Positions 1 to 9,142 of a stretch of DNA of 50,225 bases are shown piece by piece. Below the pieces are notes generated by a model that worked only from the letters and a program-made list of their open reading frames with translations, was not told where the DNA came from and ran no database searches. The number at the start of each line of letters is the position of its first letter. Position 1 is the stretch's first letter. Where the stretch lies: contig CAVHMC010000001.1 in assembly GCA_963636895.1 (NCBI GenBank), forward strand, positions 1-50,225, in the 5' to 3' direction. The position numbers and the translations under genes were made by a program. The DNA comes from Oscillospiraceae bacterium (GTDB lineage: Bacteria; Bacillota; Clostridia; Christensenellales; UBA1242).

Positions 1-55
1 TTTGGTTGAAATTTGGTTGAAATTTGGTTGAAATTTGGTTGAAATTTGGTTGAAA
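1..55. repeat. 11-bp tandem repeat (TTTGGTTGAAA)x5, cut by the window edge
   Basis: Five perfect head-to-tail copies read directly from base 1. Copy number beyond the window is unknown. Every + frame meets TGA inside the unit. The array abuts the terminator at 53-88. Confidence 0.95.
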
Positions 56-88
56 AAAATCTACGAAAGAAACTCTCGTAGATTTTTT
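53..88. terminator. bidirectional intrinsic terminator
   Basis: A-run 53-59, stem ATCTACGA 59-66 pairing with TCGTAGAT 76-83, 9-nt loop, T-run 83-88. The symmetric A/T flanks let it serve the minus-strand ORF ending at 127 and any + strand gene left of the window. Confidence 0.75.
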
Positions 89-126
89 AATTAATTTTTT
101 TTGCAAAATTTTTGATAAAATCTTAG

Positions 127-516
127 TTAGCAAATATCTTGCCCCATATTTTCTTTGTCAAATTTTTCAGTGGTTTTATTCTTTTCTTTTAATCTTTCCA
201 TCAAATTTTTATAAGCGTTGTAATCTTCTTCTCTACCGAAATAGGAATTGCCTTGCTCGTCAATGTGCATGCCTACACCTTCAAGTTTTGCGTTATTTTT
301 TTTGTTTGGGTCAAACGTCGAGACTGTTTTTGCCACCTTTGCTTCCTTATATTGAGACAATTTGTTGACATTTGCAAATGCCACGTTGTCGCCATAAAAA
401 TTTCTTCCTTCATTATCCTTGTAGACCCCAAAAAAATCATCTTTAAACAATTTAATCATTTGATATGAGTCTCTTATCTTCGAATTGCAAGACCTTATTC
501 CGCCAATATCATTCAT
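127..516 (-). CDS. hypothetical 129-aa protein (no signal peptide or recognisable family)
   Basis: ORF track. ATG at 514-516 is preceded by AGAGGG (524-529) with a 7-nt spacer; TAA stop at 127-129 is followed by the terminator at 53-88. Own promoter candidate at 557-585. I recognise no conserved motif. Confidence 0.6.
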   Translation of the reverse strand: MNDIGGIRSCNSKIRDSYQMIKLFKDDFFGVYKDNEGRNFYGDNVAFANVNKLSQYKEAKVAKTVSTFDPNKKNNAKLEGVGMHIDEQGNSYFGREEDYNAYKNLMERLKEKNKTTEKFDKENMGQDIC

Positions 517-556
517 AAAAATACCCTCTTTTTATATATATTTTTATTACGTTTCT

Positions 557-585
557 ATGCTAACATATTCCCGTTTTTTTGTCAA
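557..585 (-). promoter_or_regulatory. candidate sigma-70-type promoter for the 129-aa ORF
   Basis: Minus strand reads TTGACA (585-580), 17-nt spacer, TAGCAT (562-557). The -35 is perfect and the -10 matches 4 of 6. Confidence 0.35.
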
Positions 586-831
586 TAGGTAATTTTACAA
601 AGTTGTTTATTTTAGTGGCATGTGAAGGTTTACTCCTATAAAAATGATAAATAATTTTTATATGCTAACACTTTAAAACTTAGCAAAATAAAAAATAAAA
701 ACAAAACATACAAAAAATAATGTTCAATTTTAATTAGTTTCAAAAAACATTGACTAGTCTTATAAATTTTTATCGCATTTTTTAAATGGTAGGTCCCCAT
801 CAAATGAATAATTTTTATAAAAAAATCACAT

Positions 832-868
832 AAAAAGGCTCAAATTTATTCCCTAAAAATGAGCCTTT
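832..868 (-). terminator. terminator-like hairpin (repeat copy A)
   Basis: Same hairpin, displaced by 234 bp. Stem arms at 834-842 and 860-868. Confidence 0.45.
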
Positions 869-948
869 AGATAATTTACTTTAAGTAAACACGTTACGTC
901 ACTTTAATCTTTCAATTAAAAAGCAAAACATCGCAAAAAGCCTATATG

Positions 949-985
949 AAAAAGGCTCAAATTTATTCCCTAAAAATGAGCCTTT
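949..985 (-). terminator. terminator-like hairpin (repeat copy B)
   Basis: Same hairpin as 1066-1102, displaced by 117 bp, with loop GGGAA. Confidence 0.45.
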
Positions 986-1065
986 AGATAATTTGTTTTA
1001 AGTAAACACGTTACGTCACTTTAATCTTTCAATTAAAAAACAAAACAGTGCAAAAAGCCTATATG

Positions 1066-1102
1066 AAAAAGGCTCAAATTTATTTCCTAAAAATGAGCCT
1101 TT
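1066..1102 (-). terminator. terminator-like hairpin, first after the rpoC stop (repeat copy C)
   Basis: Minus strand: AAAGGCTCA, loop, TGAGCCTTT, then TT. Inner TTTA/TAAA pairs leave a GGAAA apical loop. The U-tract is only about 5 nt. Confidence 0.5.
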
Positions 1103-1215
1103 TAAAAAATTTATTCAAGCCAATGCTTTTAGCCACCTAAATTTTTAACAATGCTAAAACATCGCAAAAATCGAAATAATTTAAGTTTATAGACTGAGAA
1201 TTTTATTTTTAAAAA

Positions 1216-4200
1216 TTAGTCTTCAGCCATCATGTCTGCTTTTTCTTTTTCAAGCCTTTCTTGTTCACGTTTTTGAGCTTCTTGCTCAAGCCAAGCACGA
1301 GACACTTCCGGATAAGCTTCCTTATAGCCTCTCATACCTGTACCCGCTGGAATAAGCTTGCCTATCATGATATTTTCCTTAAGTCCTAGCAACTTGTCCA
1401 CTTTGCCCTTTACGGCAGCCTCGGTCAAAACTCTTGACGTCTCTTGGAAGGAAGCAGCGGACAAGAACGACTCCGTCGCAAGAGAAGCGTTTGTGATACC
1501 AAGTAATATTCTCTTTGCAGTAGCAGGTTTTCCACCATTCATCAAAATATTTTTGTTGATTTCTTCGTAATCTTGAAGTTCAAGCATAGCACCTGGCAAA
1601 AGTTCTGAGTCTCCCGGGTCTTCAATCTTGACCTTTCTAAGCATTTGTCGAATAATAATCTCGACGTGCTTTGCATTGATACGAACGTCTTGAAGCCTAT
1701 AAACACTCAAAACTTCTCTCAATAGATACTCTTGTACGCCCCTTAGACCAATAACTCTCAAAATATCGTTTGGATAAATTGAACCTGAAGTCAATCTTTG
1801 CCCGACAGCCACAGTATCTCCCGTTTTGACAGACAAAATTGTCTTGTTCTTTGGAGGAGTCATATATTCTACATCGCCTTCGCTTGAGAAAACTGTAATC
1901 TTGTATCTCTCTCCGCTATCTTCCACCTTTACTTTGCCAGCGACTTCGCTTATGATTGCTTCGCCCTTTGGTCTCCTTGCTTCGAAGATTTCTTCAACAC
2001 GAGGAAGACCTTTTGTGATATCAGCAGCTGCCGCAACACCACCAGTGTGGAAAGTTCTCATAGTAAGCTGTGTACCTGGTTCACCAATACTTTGGGCAGC
2101 GATAGTACCCACCGCTTCGCCAATGCTAACCATTTGGTTGCTTGCCATATTTCTACCATAGCACTTTGCACAAACACCATGTTTTGATTTGCAAGTAAGA
2201 AGAGTCCTAATTTCAACTTGAGTAATGCCAGCATCTACAACTGCTTTTGCTTGGTCTGGCAAAATCATCTCGTTTGCCTTAACGATAATCTCTTTTGTCT
2301 TTGGATTGACGATATCATGCACCGCGACACGACCAGAAATTCTGTCTTCCAACTTTTCGACAACGGTCTTGTCTTCGATAATATCACTCACCACAAGGCC
2401 CTTTGGTTGCTCGCCAAGGTTCTTAAAGCAGTCATCTTCCACAACCACAACTTCTTGTGCAACGTCGACAAGCCTACGTGTAAGATAACCAGAGTCGGCA
2501 GTCTTAAGAGCCGTATCGGCAAGACCTTTACGTCCACCACGTGAAGACAAGAAATAATCAATAGGAGTAAGCCCTGTCCTAAAGCAAGACTTAACCGGAA
2601 TATCAATCTTGATAGCGGAAGTACTTGCGATAATGCCACGCATACCACAAACTTGGTTGACCTGAGAAGGGTTACCACGAGCACCCGACGTAATCATCAT
2701 CTTAACAGGGTTAAGTGTCTCCAAGCCATTCAAAACTGCGTCTTTAACTTTTTCGGTGGTCTCATTCCAAATATTAATATTTTTGTTGATTTTTTCATCA
2801 AAAGAAATAAGACCACGTCTAAAGGCTTTCTCATTTTCAAGCACTTTTGCATCTGCTTCTTTTATAAGTTTTGCTTTTTCCTTTGGTTCTTTCATGTCAT
2901 AGACATTGATAGTCAAAGCGCCAATTGTGGAATATTTATATCCTAATTCCTTAATTTTATCAAGCATAACCACTGTTGGCGTAGGGCCCAATTTGTTGTA
3001 AGTGTTTGCGACAACTTGTCCCAAAACTTTTTTAGAAACAGCACCTTCGACTTCATATCTCAAAGCGTTTTCTTTCTTTGACCTATCAATAAAACCAATA
3101 TTTTGAGGAATACAATGGTTAAATAAAATTCTACCAACAGTTGTCTCCACCTTGCCCGTAATCGTCTCTCCCTCAAAATCTACCGTACGTCTAACGATAA
3201 TTTTGCTTTGAAGTTCAAGGTTTTTGGTTTGATAAGCCATAATTGCTTCGTCTTCATCCTTGTAAACACTGCCTTCGTTCAAAGCATTTGGTTTGTCCAC
3301 CGTCAAATAATAGCACCCAAGAACAATATCTTGTTGTGGCGTCATAACAGGCTTGCCGTCGGCTGGCTTCAAGACATTGTTGCTTGCAAGCATAATCATA
3401 CGTGCTTCTGCCCTTGCTTCAAGGGATAGTGGCACGTGAATAGGCATCTGGTCACCGTCGAAGTCGGCATTGAAGCCTACGCAAACGAGTGGGTGAAGTT
3501 TGATAGCCCTTCCTTCACAAAGTACAGGCTCAAACGCTTGGATACCAAGTCTATGAAGTGTAGGAGCACGGTTAAGCAAAACTGGGTGGTCCTTAATAAC
3601 TTCGTCCAAAACGTCCCAAACAATAGGTTTTTCTCTTTCAATAATTTTCTTTGCAGTCTTGATATTATGAGTGTCGTTCATTTCAACAAGTCTATGCATA
3701 ATGAATGGCTTGAAAAGTTCAAGAGCCATCTCTTTTGGAAGACCGCATTGATAAATTTTGAGTTCTGGACCAACAACAATAACCGAACGTCCCGAGTAGT
3801 CCACCCTTTTCCCTAGCAAGTTTTGACGGAAACGACCTTGTTTACCACGAAGCATAGCAGTCAAGGACTTCAAATCTCTTTGTTTTGGCCCTTGGATAGC
3901 CTTGCCACGTTTTCCGTTTTCAATAAGAGCGTCCACCGCTTCTTGTAGCATTCTCTTTTCGTTTCTAATAATAACGTCAGGTGCACCAAGTTCAATAAGT
4001 TTTTTAAGACGATTGTTTCTATTAATAACACGTCTATAAAGGTCATTCAAGTCACTTGTTGCAAATCTTCCACCATCAAGTTGCACCATAGGTCTAAGGT
4101 CTGGCGGAATAACAGGAATAACGTCCATAATCATCCATTCTGGCTTGTTGCCACTCTTTAAAAAGTCGTCAACAATTTCAAGACGTTTAACTGCCTTAAG

Positions 4201-4812
4201 TTTCTTTTGCCCTTTTGAGGTCCTAACAATCTCTCTTAGTTCCTTATAATCTTTTTCAAGGTCAATTTGAGATAGCAAAGTCTTTATCGCTTCGGCACCC
4301 ATTCCAGCCTTGAAAGCATCTGGGCCGTATTCGTCAAGAGCATCACGATATTCCTTATCAGAAATGACTTGTTTATAGACAAAAGGTGTGTTCTTTGGGT
4401 CAATAACAATATAATTGACATAATAAAGGACCTGTTCAAGTGCTTTTGGTGTAATATCAAGAATAGTACCAATACGAGATGGGATACCCCTAAAGAACCA
4501 AATATGGCTTACAGGAGTTGCAAGTTCAATATGCCCCATTCTTTCACGTCTTACAGTAGAGTGAGTAACTTCCACTCCGCACTTGTCGCACACAACACCT
4601 TTGTATCTAATTCTCTTGTATTTTCCGCAAGAGCATTCCCAATTCTTTCTAGGTCCAAATATCCTTTCGCAAAATAGACCGTCTCTCTCAGGCTTCAACG
4701 TACGATAATTTATGGTCTCAGGCTTGGTCACTTCTCCATAACTCCACGACCTAATTTTTTCTGGCGAAGCGATACCAATCTTCATAGAATCAAAATTGTT
4801 TAGTTCAAACAT
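1216..4812 (-). CDS. rpoC: DNA-directed RNA polymerase subunit beta' (1,198 aa)
   Basis: N-terminus MFELNNFD...[22 protein letters not shown], zinc motif [20 protein letters not shown], catalytic [12 protein letters not shown] at 4810-4812 is preceded by AAGGAG (4819-4824) with a 6-nt spacer. TAA stop at 1216-1218. Confidence 0.99.
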   Translation of the reverse strand: MFELNNFDSMKIGIASPEKIRSWSYGEVTKPETINYRTLKPERDGLFCERIFGPRKNWECSCGKYKRIRYKGVVCDKCGVEVTHSTVRRERMGHIELATPVSHIWFFRGIPSRIGTILDITPKALEQVLYYVNYIVIDPKNTPFVYKQVISDKEYRDALDEYGPDAFKAGMGAEAIKTLLSQIDLEKDYKELREIVRTSKGQKKLKAVKRLEIVDDFLKSGNKPEWMIMDVIPVIPPDLRPMVQLDGGRFATSDLNDLYRRVINRNNRLKKLIELGAPDVIIRNEKRMLQEAVDALIENGKRGKAIQGPKQRDLKSLTAMLRGKQGRFRQNLLGKRVDYSGRSVIVVGPELKIYQCGLPKEMALELFKPFIMHRLVEMNDTHNIKTAKKIIEREKPIVWDVLDEVIKDHPVLLNRAPTLHRLGIQAFEPVLCEGRAIKLHPLVCVGFNADFDGDQMPIHVPLSLEARAEARMIMLASNNVLKPADGKPVMTPQQDIVLGCYYLTVDKPNALNEGSVYKDEDEAIMAYQTKNLELQSKIIVRRTVDFEGETITGKVETTVGRILFNHCIPQNIGFIDRSKKENALRYEVEGAVSKKVLGQVVANTYNKLGPTPTVVMLDKIKELGYKYSTIGALTINVYDMKEPKEKAKLIKEADAKVLENEKAFRRGLISFDEKINKNINIWNETTEKVKDAVLNGLETLNPVKMMITSGARGNPSQVNQVCGMRGIIASTSAIKIDIPVKSCFRTGLTPIDYFLSSRGGRKGLADTALKTADSGYLTRRLVDVAQEVVVVEDDCFKNLGEQPKGLVVSDIIEDKTVVEKLEDRISGRVAVHDIVNPKTKEIIVKANEMILPDQAKAVVDAGITQVEIRTLLTCKSKHGVCAKCYGRNMASNQMVSIGEAVGTIAAQSIGEPGTQLTMRTFHTGGVAAAADITKGLPRVEEIFEARRPKGEAIISEVAGKVKVEDSGERYKITVFSSEGDVEYMTPPKNKTILSVKTGDTVAVGQRLTSGSIYPNDILRVIGLRGVQEYLLREVLSVYRLQDVRINAKHVEIIIRQMLRKVKIEDPGDSELLPGAMLELQDYEEINKNILMNGGKPATAKRILLGITNASLATESFLSAASFQETSRVLTEAAVKGKVDKLLGLKENIMIGKLIPAGTGMRGYKEAYPEVSRAWLEQEAQKREQERLEKEKADMMAED

Positions 4813-4854
4813 AAAATTCTCCTTATTTTACTTTTCCTATTTAAAATTTTATTT

Positions 4855-4880
4855 GAAAGGTCAAAAGTTTTGGACCTTTC
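4855..4880 (-). promoter_or_regulatory. hairpin in the rpoB-rpoC intergenic spacer
   Basis: GAAAGGTC (4855-4862), 10-nt loop, GACCTTTC (4873-4880). On the sense strand it is followed by AAATAAAATTTT, not a clean U-tract, so this is not a canonical terminator. Confidence 0.4.
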
Positions 4881-4913
4881 AAAATAAACATTGCTGTGAT
4901 TAACTTTGACAAA

Positions 4914-7900
4914 CTATTCCAAATCGTCAAACAAAGACTCTTCGTCAAAGTCGTCAAATATATCGCTATCGCTAGTTGACGAAGACGCATCTTGCTCGGA
5001 AACAATGTCAGAAGATGTAACGTCTTCTCCATCAAGCCCAAGTTCAATATCTTGAGTTGGCTCTTTTGGTTTTGAAACAAATGGGGCAGGCTCATTCTCG
5101 TCATTGGTAAGTTCGCTAATAGAGACTTCCTTGTTTTCTTCGGTCAAAATCTTTATGTCAAGCCCCAAACTTTGGAACTCTTTTATCATAACCTTAAAGC
5201 TTTCTGGAATACCTGGGTCAGCAATTGGGAATCCTTTTACAATTGCTTCGTAAGCTTTGTTCCTACCCACGACATCGTCACTCTTGACTGTAAGCATTTC
5301 TTGAAGAAGGTGAGAAACACCATATGCTTCGAGAGCCCAAACTTCCATTTCACCAAATCTTTGTCCACCAAACATTGCTTTTCCGCCCAAAGGTTGTTGA
5401 GTAACAAGCGAGTAAGGTCCTGTTGACCTTGCGTGCATCTTGCTGTCAACCATATGGTCAAGTTTTAGCATATACATAGTGCCGACAGTAACTCTATTCT
5501 CAAATGGTTCGCCCGTACGTCCGTCGTACAACACAATCTTTCCATCTTCACTCATATTGTTGTCTTTCATGAGTTGGAAAATCTCATTTTCTTTTATGCA
5601 GTCAAATACAGGCACTGCAACTTTCCAATCAAGCACTTTTGCAACTTTTCCAAGAAGGACTTCTAGCACCTGCCCCACATTCATACGACTTGGAATACCA
5701 AGTGGGTTTAAAACTACGTCAACAGGAGTACCGTCTGCCATATATGGAAGGTCTGCAAGTGGAAGGACGCGGGAAACAACACCTTTGTTACCATGACGTC
5801 CGGACATTTTGTCACCAACAGACAACTTTCTCTTTTGTGCGACGTAAACTTTTACCATCGTATTTACACCCGGCTCAAGCTCGTCTTTATTTTTTCTTGT
5901 AAACACTTGCACGTCGACAACCACGCCACCACGTCCATGTTGAACACGCAATGATGTATCTCTCACTTCTCTAGCCTTTTCGCCAAAGATTGCACGAAGA
6001 AGTCTCTCTTCTGGAGTAAGTTCCGTCTCGCCTTTTGGAGTAACTTTACCCACCAAGATATCCCCCGTCCTGACTTCTGCACCGACTCTAACGATACCAT
6101 TTTCGTCAAGGTTCTTCAAGGCATCTTCGCCAAGGTTTGGAATATCTCTTGTAATTTCTTCGTCGCCAAGTTTTGTGCTACGAGCCTTGCTTTCTTCTAC
6201 TTTCAAAGTGATAGAGGTATAAATGTCTTCTCTTACAAGTCTTTCGGAAATCAAGATAGCGTCTTCGTAGTTATAACCTTCCCAGTTCATGTATGCTACG
6301 GTCATATTTTTGCCAAGAGCAAGTTCGCCATTCTTGGTCGAGAAACCATCTGCCAAGGTGTCGCCAACTTCTACCCTTTGATTTTTCACAACAGCTGGTT
6401 TTTGGTTGATACAAGTATCTTGGTTGGTCTTTGCATATTTAATAAGTTGATAAACGTCTGTGTTTCCGTCGTCATTTTTAACCCTTATCTCAGTACCCGA
6501 AACAAAGGATACAAAACCTGCCTTCTTGCAAAGTACCATAGCACCACTATCTACAGCAATCTTATGCTCCATACCAGTTGCCACTATTGGAGCTTCTGTC
6601 GTCAAAAGTGGAACAGCTTGACGTTGCATGTTGGAAGCCATCAAAGCACGAGCGGTATCGTCGTTGGCTAGGAATGGCACAAGTGCAGTCGCTGCTGAGA
6701 TAAGTTGACGTGGAGAAACGTCTACATAATCAACTTCATTTGCAGGCACTTCGATAACGCTTTCCTTCTTTCTCACGACAATACGTGGGTTTACAAAGTG
6801 TCCATCTTCAGTCAAAGGTTCGGTTGCTTGTGCTACGCAACAATTTTCTTCTTCATCTGCCATAAGGTAAACAACTTCGTCTGTCACTTTTCCTGTCTTT
6901 TTATCCACAACTTTAAGTGGAGACAAAAGGAAACCATACTCATTTATTTTTGCATAGCAAGCAAGAGAGTTGATAAGACCAATACCTTGACCTTCTGGAG
7001 TCTCAATAACACAAATTCTACCATAATGCGAATAGTGAATATCACGCACATCGGCAGTAGCCCTTTCTTTCTTAACACCGCCAGGACCGACAGCGGAAAT
7101 TTTCCTTTTTTGTGTAAGCTCACTAATAGGGTTGACTTGGTCCATAAGTTGCGACAACTGAGAAGAAGCCAAAAAGTCTTTTAATGCCTTATTTATAGGT
7201 CTTGCGTTGATAACGCTTGCTGGGTTGACTGTTGACAAGTCTTGTGCTTGGAGAGTCTCTCTTATAACACCTGCAAGTTTATTTACGCCACTTCTAAACG
7301 CACTTGACATAAGTTCGCCCACAGTTGCAATTCTACGATTTGCCAAATGGTCAATATTGTCGATTTCACCAATGCCGTCATTCAAATCAAGATGATAACT
7401 TATTGTAGCCAAAATATCGTCCATTGTAAGTTGGAAATTCATGAGTTCTTTTGCATGTGACCTTATTGCTTCCAACCTTTCTTCTTTAGTTTTGTGTTTA
7501 GAAAGAAGTTTCTTCAAAGTTGGATAATGCACTTTTTCTAGTATTCCAAGTTCTTTCTCATCACATGGGAAAATAGCAGACAAATCTACTCTATTGTTGC
7601 CCACAACTTTGTGTGGAACAAATTTGTCCCCGTCCATTTTAAACTCGCCACGTAAAGTCTTTGCTCTAAGCCAAACCTCGTTGACTCCGCCGTTTTGAAT
7701 TTCTTTTGCGACGTCTCTCCCTATTATCTCGCCATCTCTTACAACAATTCTGTTGCCAATCTTTATATCGCCATAAGCCGTTTGCCCTGTGATACGAGTT
7801 GCAATGGAGAGTTTTTTGTTAAGTTTGTATCTTCCCACCCTTGCCAAATTGTAATATTGGTGAGTAAAGAAAAGAGAGTTGATATAATTATATGTTGCTT

Positions 7901-8657
7901 CCGCGCTTGGGACTTCGCTTGGACGCATTTTTTTAGATAGCTCAACAAGAGCCGACTCTTGTGTGTCTTGTGGCTCTTTATCAAGAGTATTCATAATAAG
8001 TGGGTTGTTGCCAAAAATATCGGCAATTTGCTTTGACGTGAAACCAAAACATTTAAGGAAAACGCCAAGGGTAACCTTGCTACTTCTATCAATAACGACC
8101 TTTAAGATGTCGTTTACGTTTTGTTCAATTTCAATCCATGTCCCACGAGTAGGAATAATTGTACCATTGAAAAGCCATTTACCTGTCTTGTCTTGCTCTT
8201 TTGCAAAATATGCACTTGGACTTCTCACGATTTGGCTGACGACGACCCTTTCAATACCATTGAAAATAAACGAGCCTTCTTCCGTCATAAGTGGCACGTC
8301 ACCTAGGAACACTTCTTGCTCCACAACTTCCCCGTCTTCCTTTCTCACAAGTCTAACTTTAGCTTTTAGTGCAACGGAATAAGTTATTCCCTTTCTCTTA
8401 CACTCAAGTTTGCTGTACTTGCTTGTTGGGTCCAAGGTGTAGTCTACAAAGTAGATTTCGGCTTTGCCCGAGTAGTCTACAATTGGAGAAAATTCTTCCA
8501 AAATCTCTGCTATGCCATGTTCCAAAAAGTCCTTGTAGGCATCTTTTTGGATAGCAATAAGATAAGGCATATCAATAGGTTCTTTTATTTTGGAAAAATT
8601 GTATCTTTCGACTTTTCCGTACATTGTTTTTTTGAATTGTGGTTTAGATTGTCCCAT
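4914..8657 (-). CDS. rpoB: DNA-directed RNA polymerase subunit beta (1,247 aa from the ATG)
   Basis: Conserved blocks include [45 protein letters not shown] and [15 protein letters not shown]. The track ORF starts at GTG 8661-8663, but AAGGAG (8663-8668) overlaps that codon. The ATG at 8655-8657 sits 5 nt after the SD, so it is the preferred start. TAG stop at 4914-4916. Confidence 0.97.
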   Translation of the reverse strand: MGQSKPQFKKTMYGKVERYNFSKIKEPIDMPYLIAIQKDAYKDFLEHGIAEILEEFSPIVDYSGKAEIYFVDYTLDPTSKYSKLECKRKGITYSVALKAKVRLVRKEDGEVVEQEVFLGDVPLMTEEGSFIFNGIERVVVSQIVRSPSAYFAKEQDKTGKWLFNGTIIPTRGTWIEIEQNVNDILKVVIDRSSKVTLGVFLKCFGFTSKQIADIFGNNPLIMNTLDKEPQDTQESALVELSKKMRPSEVPSAEATYNYINSLFFTHQYYNLARVGRYKLNKKLSIATRITGQTAYGDIKIGNRIVVRDGEIIGRDVAKEIQNGGVNEVWLRAKTLRGEFKMDGDKFVPHKVVGNNRVDLSAIFPCDEKELGILEKVHYPTLKKLLSKHKTKEERLEAIRSHAKELMNFQLTMDDILATISYHLDLNDGIGEIDNIDHLANRRIATVGELMSSAFRSGVNKLAGVIRETLQAQDLSTVNPASVINARPINKALKDFLASSQLSQLMDQVNPISELTQKRKISAVGPGGVKKERATADVRDIHYSHYGRICVIETPEGQGIGLINSLACYAKINEYGFLLSPLKVVDKKTGKVTDEVVYLMADEEENCCVAQATEPLTEDGHFVNPRIVVRKKESVIEVPANEVDYVDVSPRQLISAATALVPFLANDDTARALMASNMQRQAVPLLTTEAPIVATGMEHKIAVDSGAMVLCKKAGFVSFVSGTEIRVKNDDGNTDVYQLIKYAKTNQDTCINQKPAVVKNQRVEVGDTLADGFSTKNGELALGKNMTVAYMNWEGYNYEDAILISERLVREDIYTSITLKVEESKARSTKLGDEEITRDIPNLGEDALKNLDENGIVRVGAEVRTGDILVGKVTPKGETELTPEERLLRAIFGEKAREVRDTSLRVQHGRGGVVVDVQVFTRKNKDELEPGVNTMVKVYVAQKRKLSVGDKMSGRHGNKGVVSRVLPLADLPYMADGTPVDVVLNPLGIPSRMNVGQVLEVLLGKVAKVLDWKVAVPVFDCIKENEIFQLMKDNNMSEDGKIVLYDGRTGEPFENRVTVGTMYMLKLDHMVDSKMHARSTGPYSLVTQQPLGGKAMFGGQRFGEMEVWALEAYGVSHLLQEMLTVKSDDVVGRNKAYEAIVKGFPIADPGIPESFKVMIKEFQSLGLDIKILTEENKEVSISELTNDENEPAPFVSKPKEPTQDIELGLDGEDVTSSDIVSEQDASSSTSDSDIFDDFDEESLFDDLE

Positions 8658-8844
8658 TTTCACTCCTTAACCGTTTAAATATGTATATTTTTCATATGTT
8701 GTTGCAAAAAAATAGATATTATGTTTCCCTTATTTAAAAACTGATATTCCAACATAATTTAACCATAATAATCTATCTCATTTTCTTCCCTCGTTCCCCC
8801 ATTTGACACCAAAAAGCGCATTGTAACAGCATAATGTAACATTG

Positions 8845-8873
8845 AGTTTAACACACCCAAAAATTTTAGTCAA
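8845..8873 (-). promoter_or_regulatory. candidate rpoB promoter
   Basis: Minus strand reads TTGACT (8873-8868), 17-nt spacer ending in TGT (extended -10), TAAACT (8850-8845). This would give a leader of about 180 nt. Confidence 0.4.
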
Positions 8874-8903
8874 TAGATTTTTACAAAAATATTTAAAAAT
8901 TTG

Positions 8904-8932
8904 TTGACAAATTTAGAATTTTTCTATACAGT
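8904..8932 (+). promoter_or_regulatory. orphan plus-strand promoter-like element
   Basis: TTGACA (8904-8909), 17-nt spacer, TACAGT (8927-8932), or TATACA at 15-nt spacing. An A/T-rich tract lies upstream. No plus-strand CDS lies downstream; it points at the hairpin at 9053-9138. Confidence 0.3.
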
Positions 8933-9052
8933 GTTGCTCCAAAAATAAATTTACACCTTTTTTAAGTACATTTCAAGACCCAAATTTACAAAATTTTACA
9001 TTTTAATTTTGCAATTACAAGGTTGCCAACAAGCAAAATTGACTTAATATAC

Positions 9053-9138
9053 AAAAAAACAAGGCCTATGACTTTGAAGTGCACCCCAAAAGTTAGACGA
9101 CTTTAGGAGGTTCACTTCACTTAAACCTTGTTTTTTTT
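9053..9138. terminator. compound hairpin / bidirectional terminator after the 5,644-aa gene
   Basis: Outer 12-bp stem AAAAAAACAAGG (9053-9064) pairs with CCTTGTTTTTTT (9126-9137). Inner rod 9076-9118: GAAGTGCACC / GGTTCACTTC with one mismatch, CC/GG, then AAAGT/ACTTT with a 6-nt loop. T8 on the plus strand and a U-run on the minus strand. It starts 5 nt after the TAA at 9143-9145. Confidence 0.7.
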
Positions 9139-9142
9139 ATTA

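Larger units (their letters stand above)
832..1110. repeat. 117-bp tandem repeat, about 2.4 copies
   Basis: Units at 832-948 and 949-1065 differ at 5 of 117 positions. A partial third unit starts at 1066. Period confirmed from GGCTCA at 837, 954 and 1071. A 15-nt stretch of the unit (AAAACATCGCAAAAA) recurs at about 1157-1171, a possible duplication junction. Confidence 0.95.

Noticed and set aside
1-1110. Whether the 11-bp and 117-bp direct repeats could be CRISPR arrays
   Set aside because: The units are contiguous with no unique spacers, the unit sizes are wrong for CRISPR repeats, and there are no cas genes.
6901-6909. Perfect DnaA-box 9-mers TTATCCACA at 6901-6909 and 15060-15068 (and 8 of 9 near 26320)
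   Set aside because: They are isolated, lie inside coding sequence, and occur at about the frequency expected by chance in 100 kb of AT-rich two-strand sequence. There is no clustering and no AT-rich unwinding element.
7008-7010. Pro to Val change in RpoB ([11 protein letters not shown]) as a rifampicin cluster II (P564) substitution
   Set aside because: Counting the alignment shows this residue corresponds to E. coli P560, not P564. T563, P564 and I572 are conserved here.
8661-8663. GTG at 8661-8663 as the rpoB start (as in the ORF track)
   Set aside because: The AAGGAG Shine-Dalgarno (8663-8668) overlaps this codon. The ATG two codons downstream (8655-8657) has ideal 5-nt spacing.
8773-8802. 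9-codon upstream ORF (MGERGKKMR) in the putative rpoB leader
   Set aside because: It is too short, has only a weak GGTG upstream, and there is no evidence for a leader-peptide mechanism.
9068-9106. 12-codon plus-strand mini-ORF (MTLKCTPKVRRL) inside the compound hairpin, and the perfect AGGAGG at 9105-9110
   Set aside because: The mini-ORF has no proper SD, and the AGGAGG has no start codon within 5-12 nt. Both are better explained as stem sequence.
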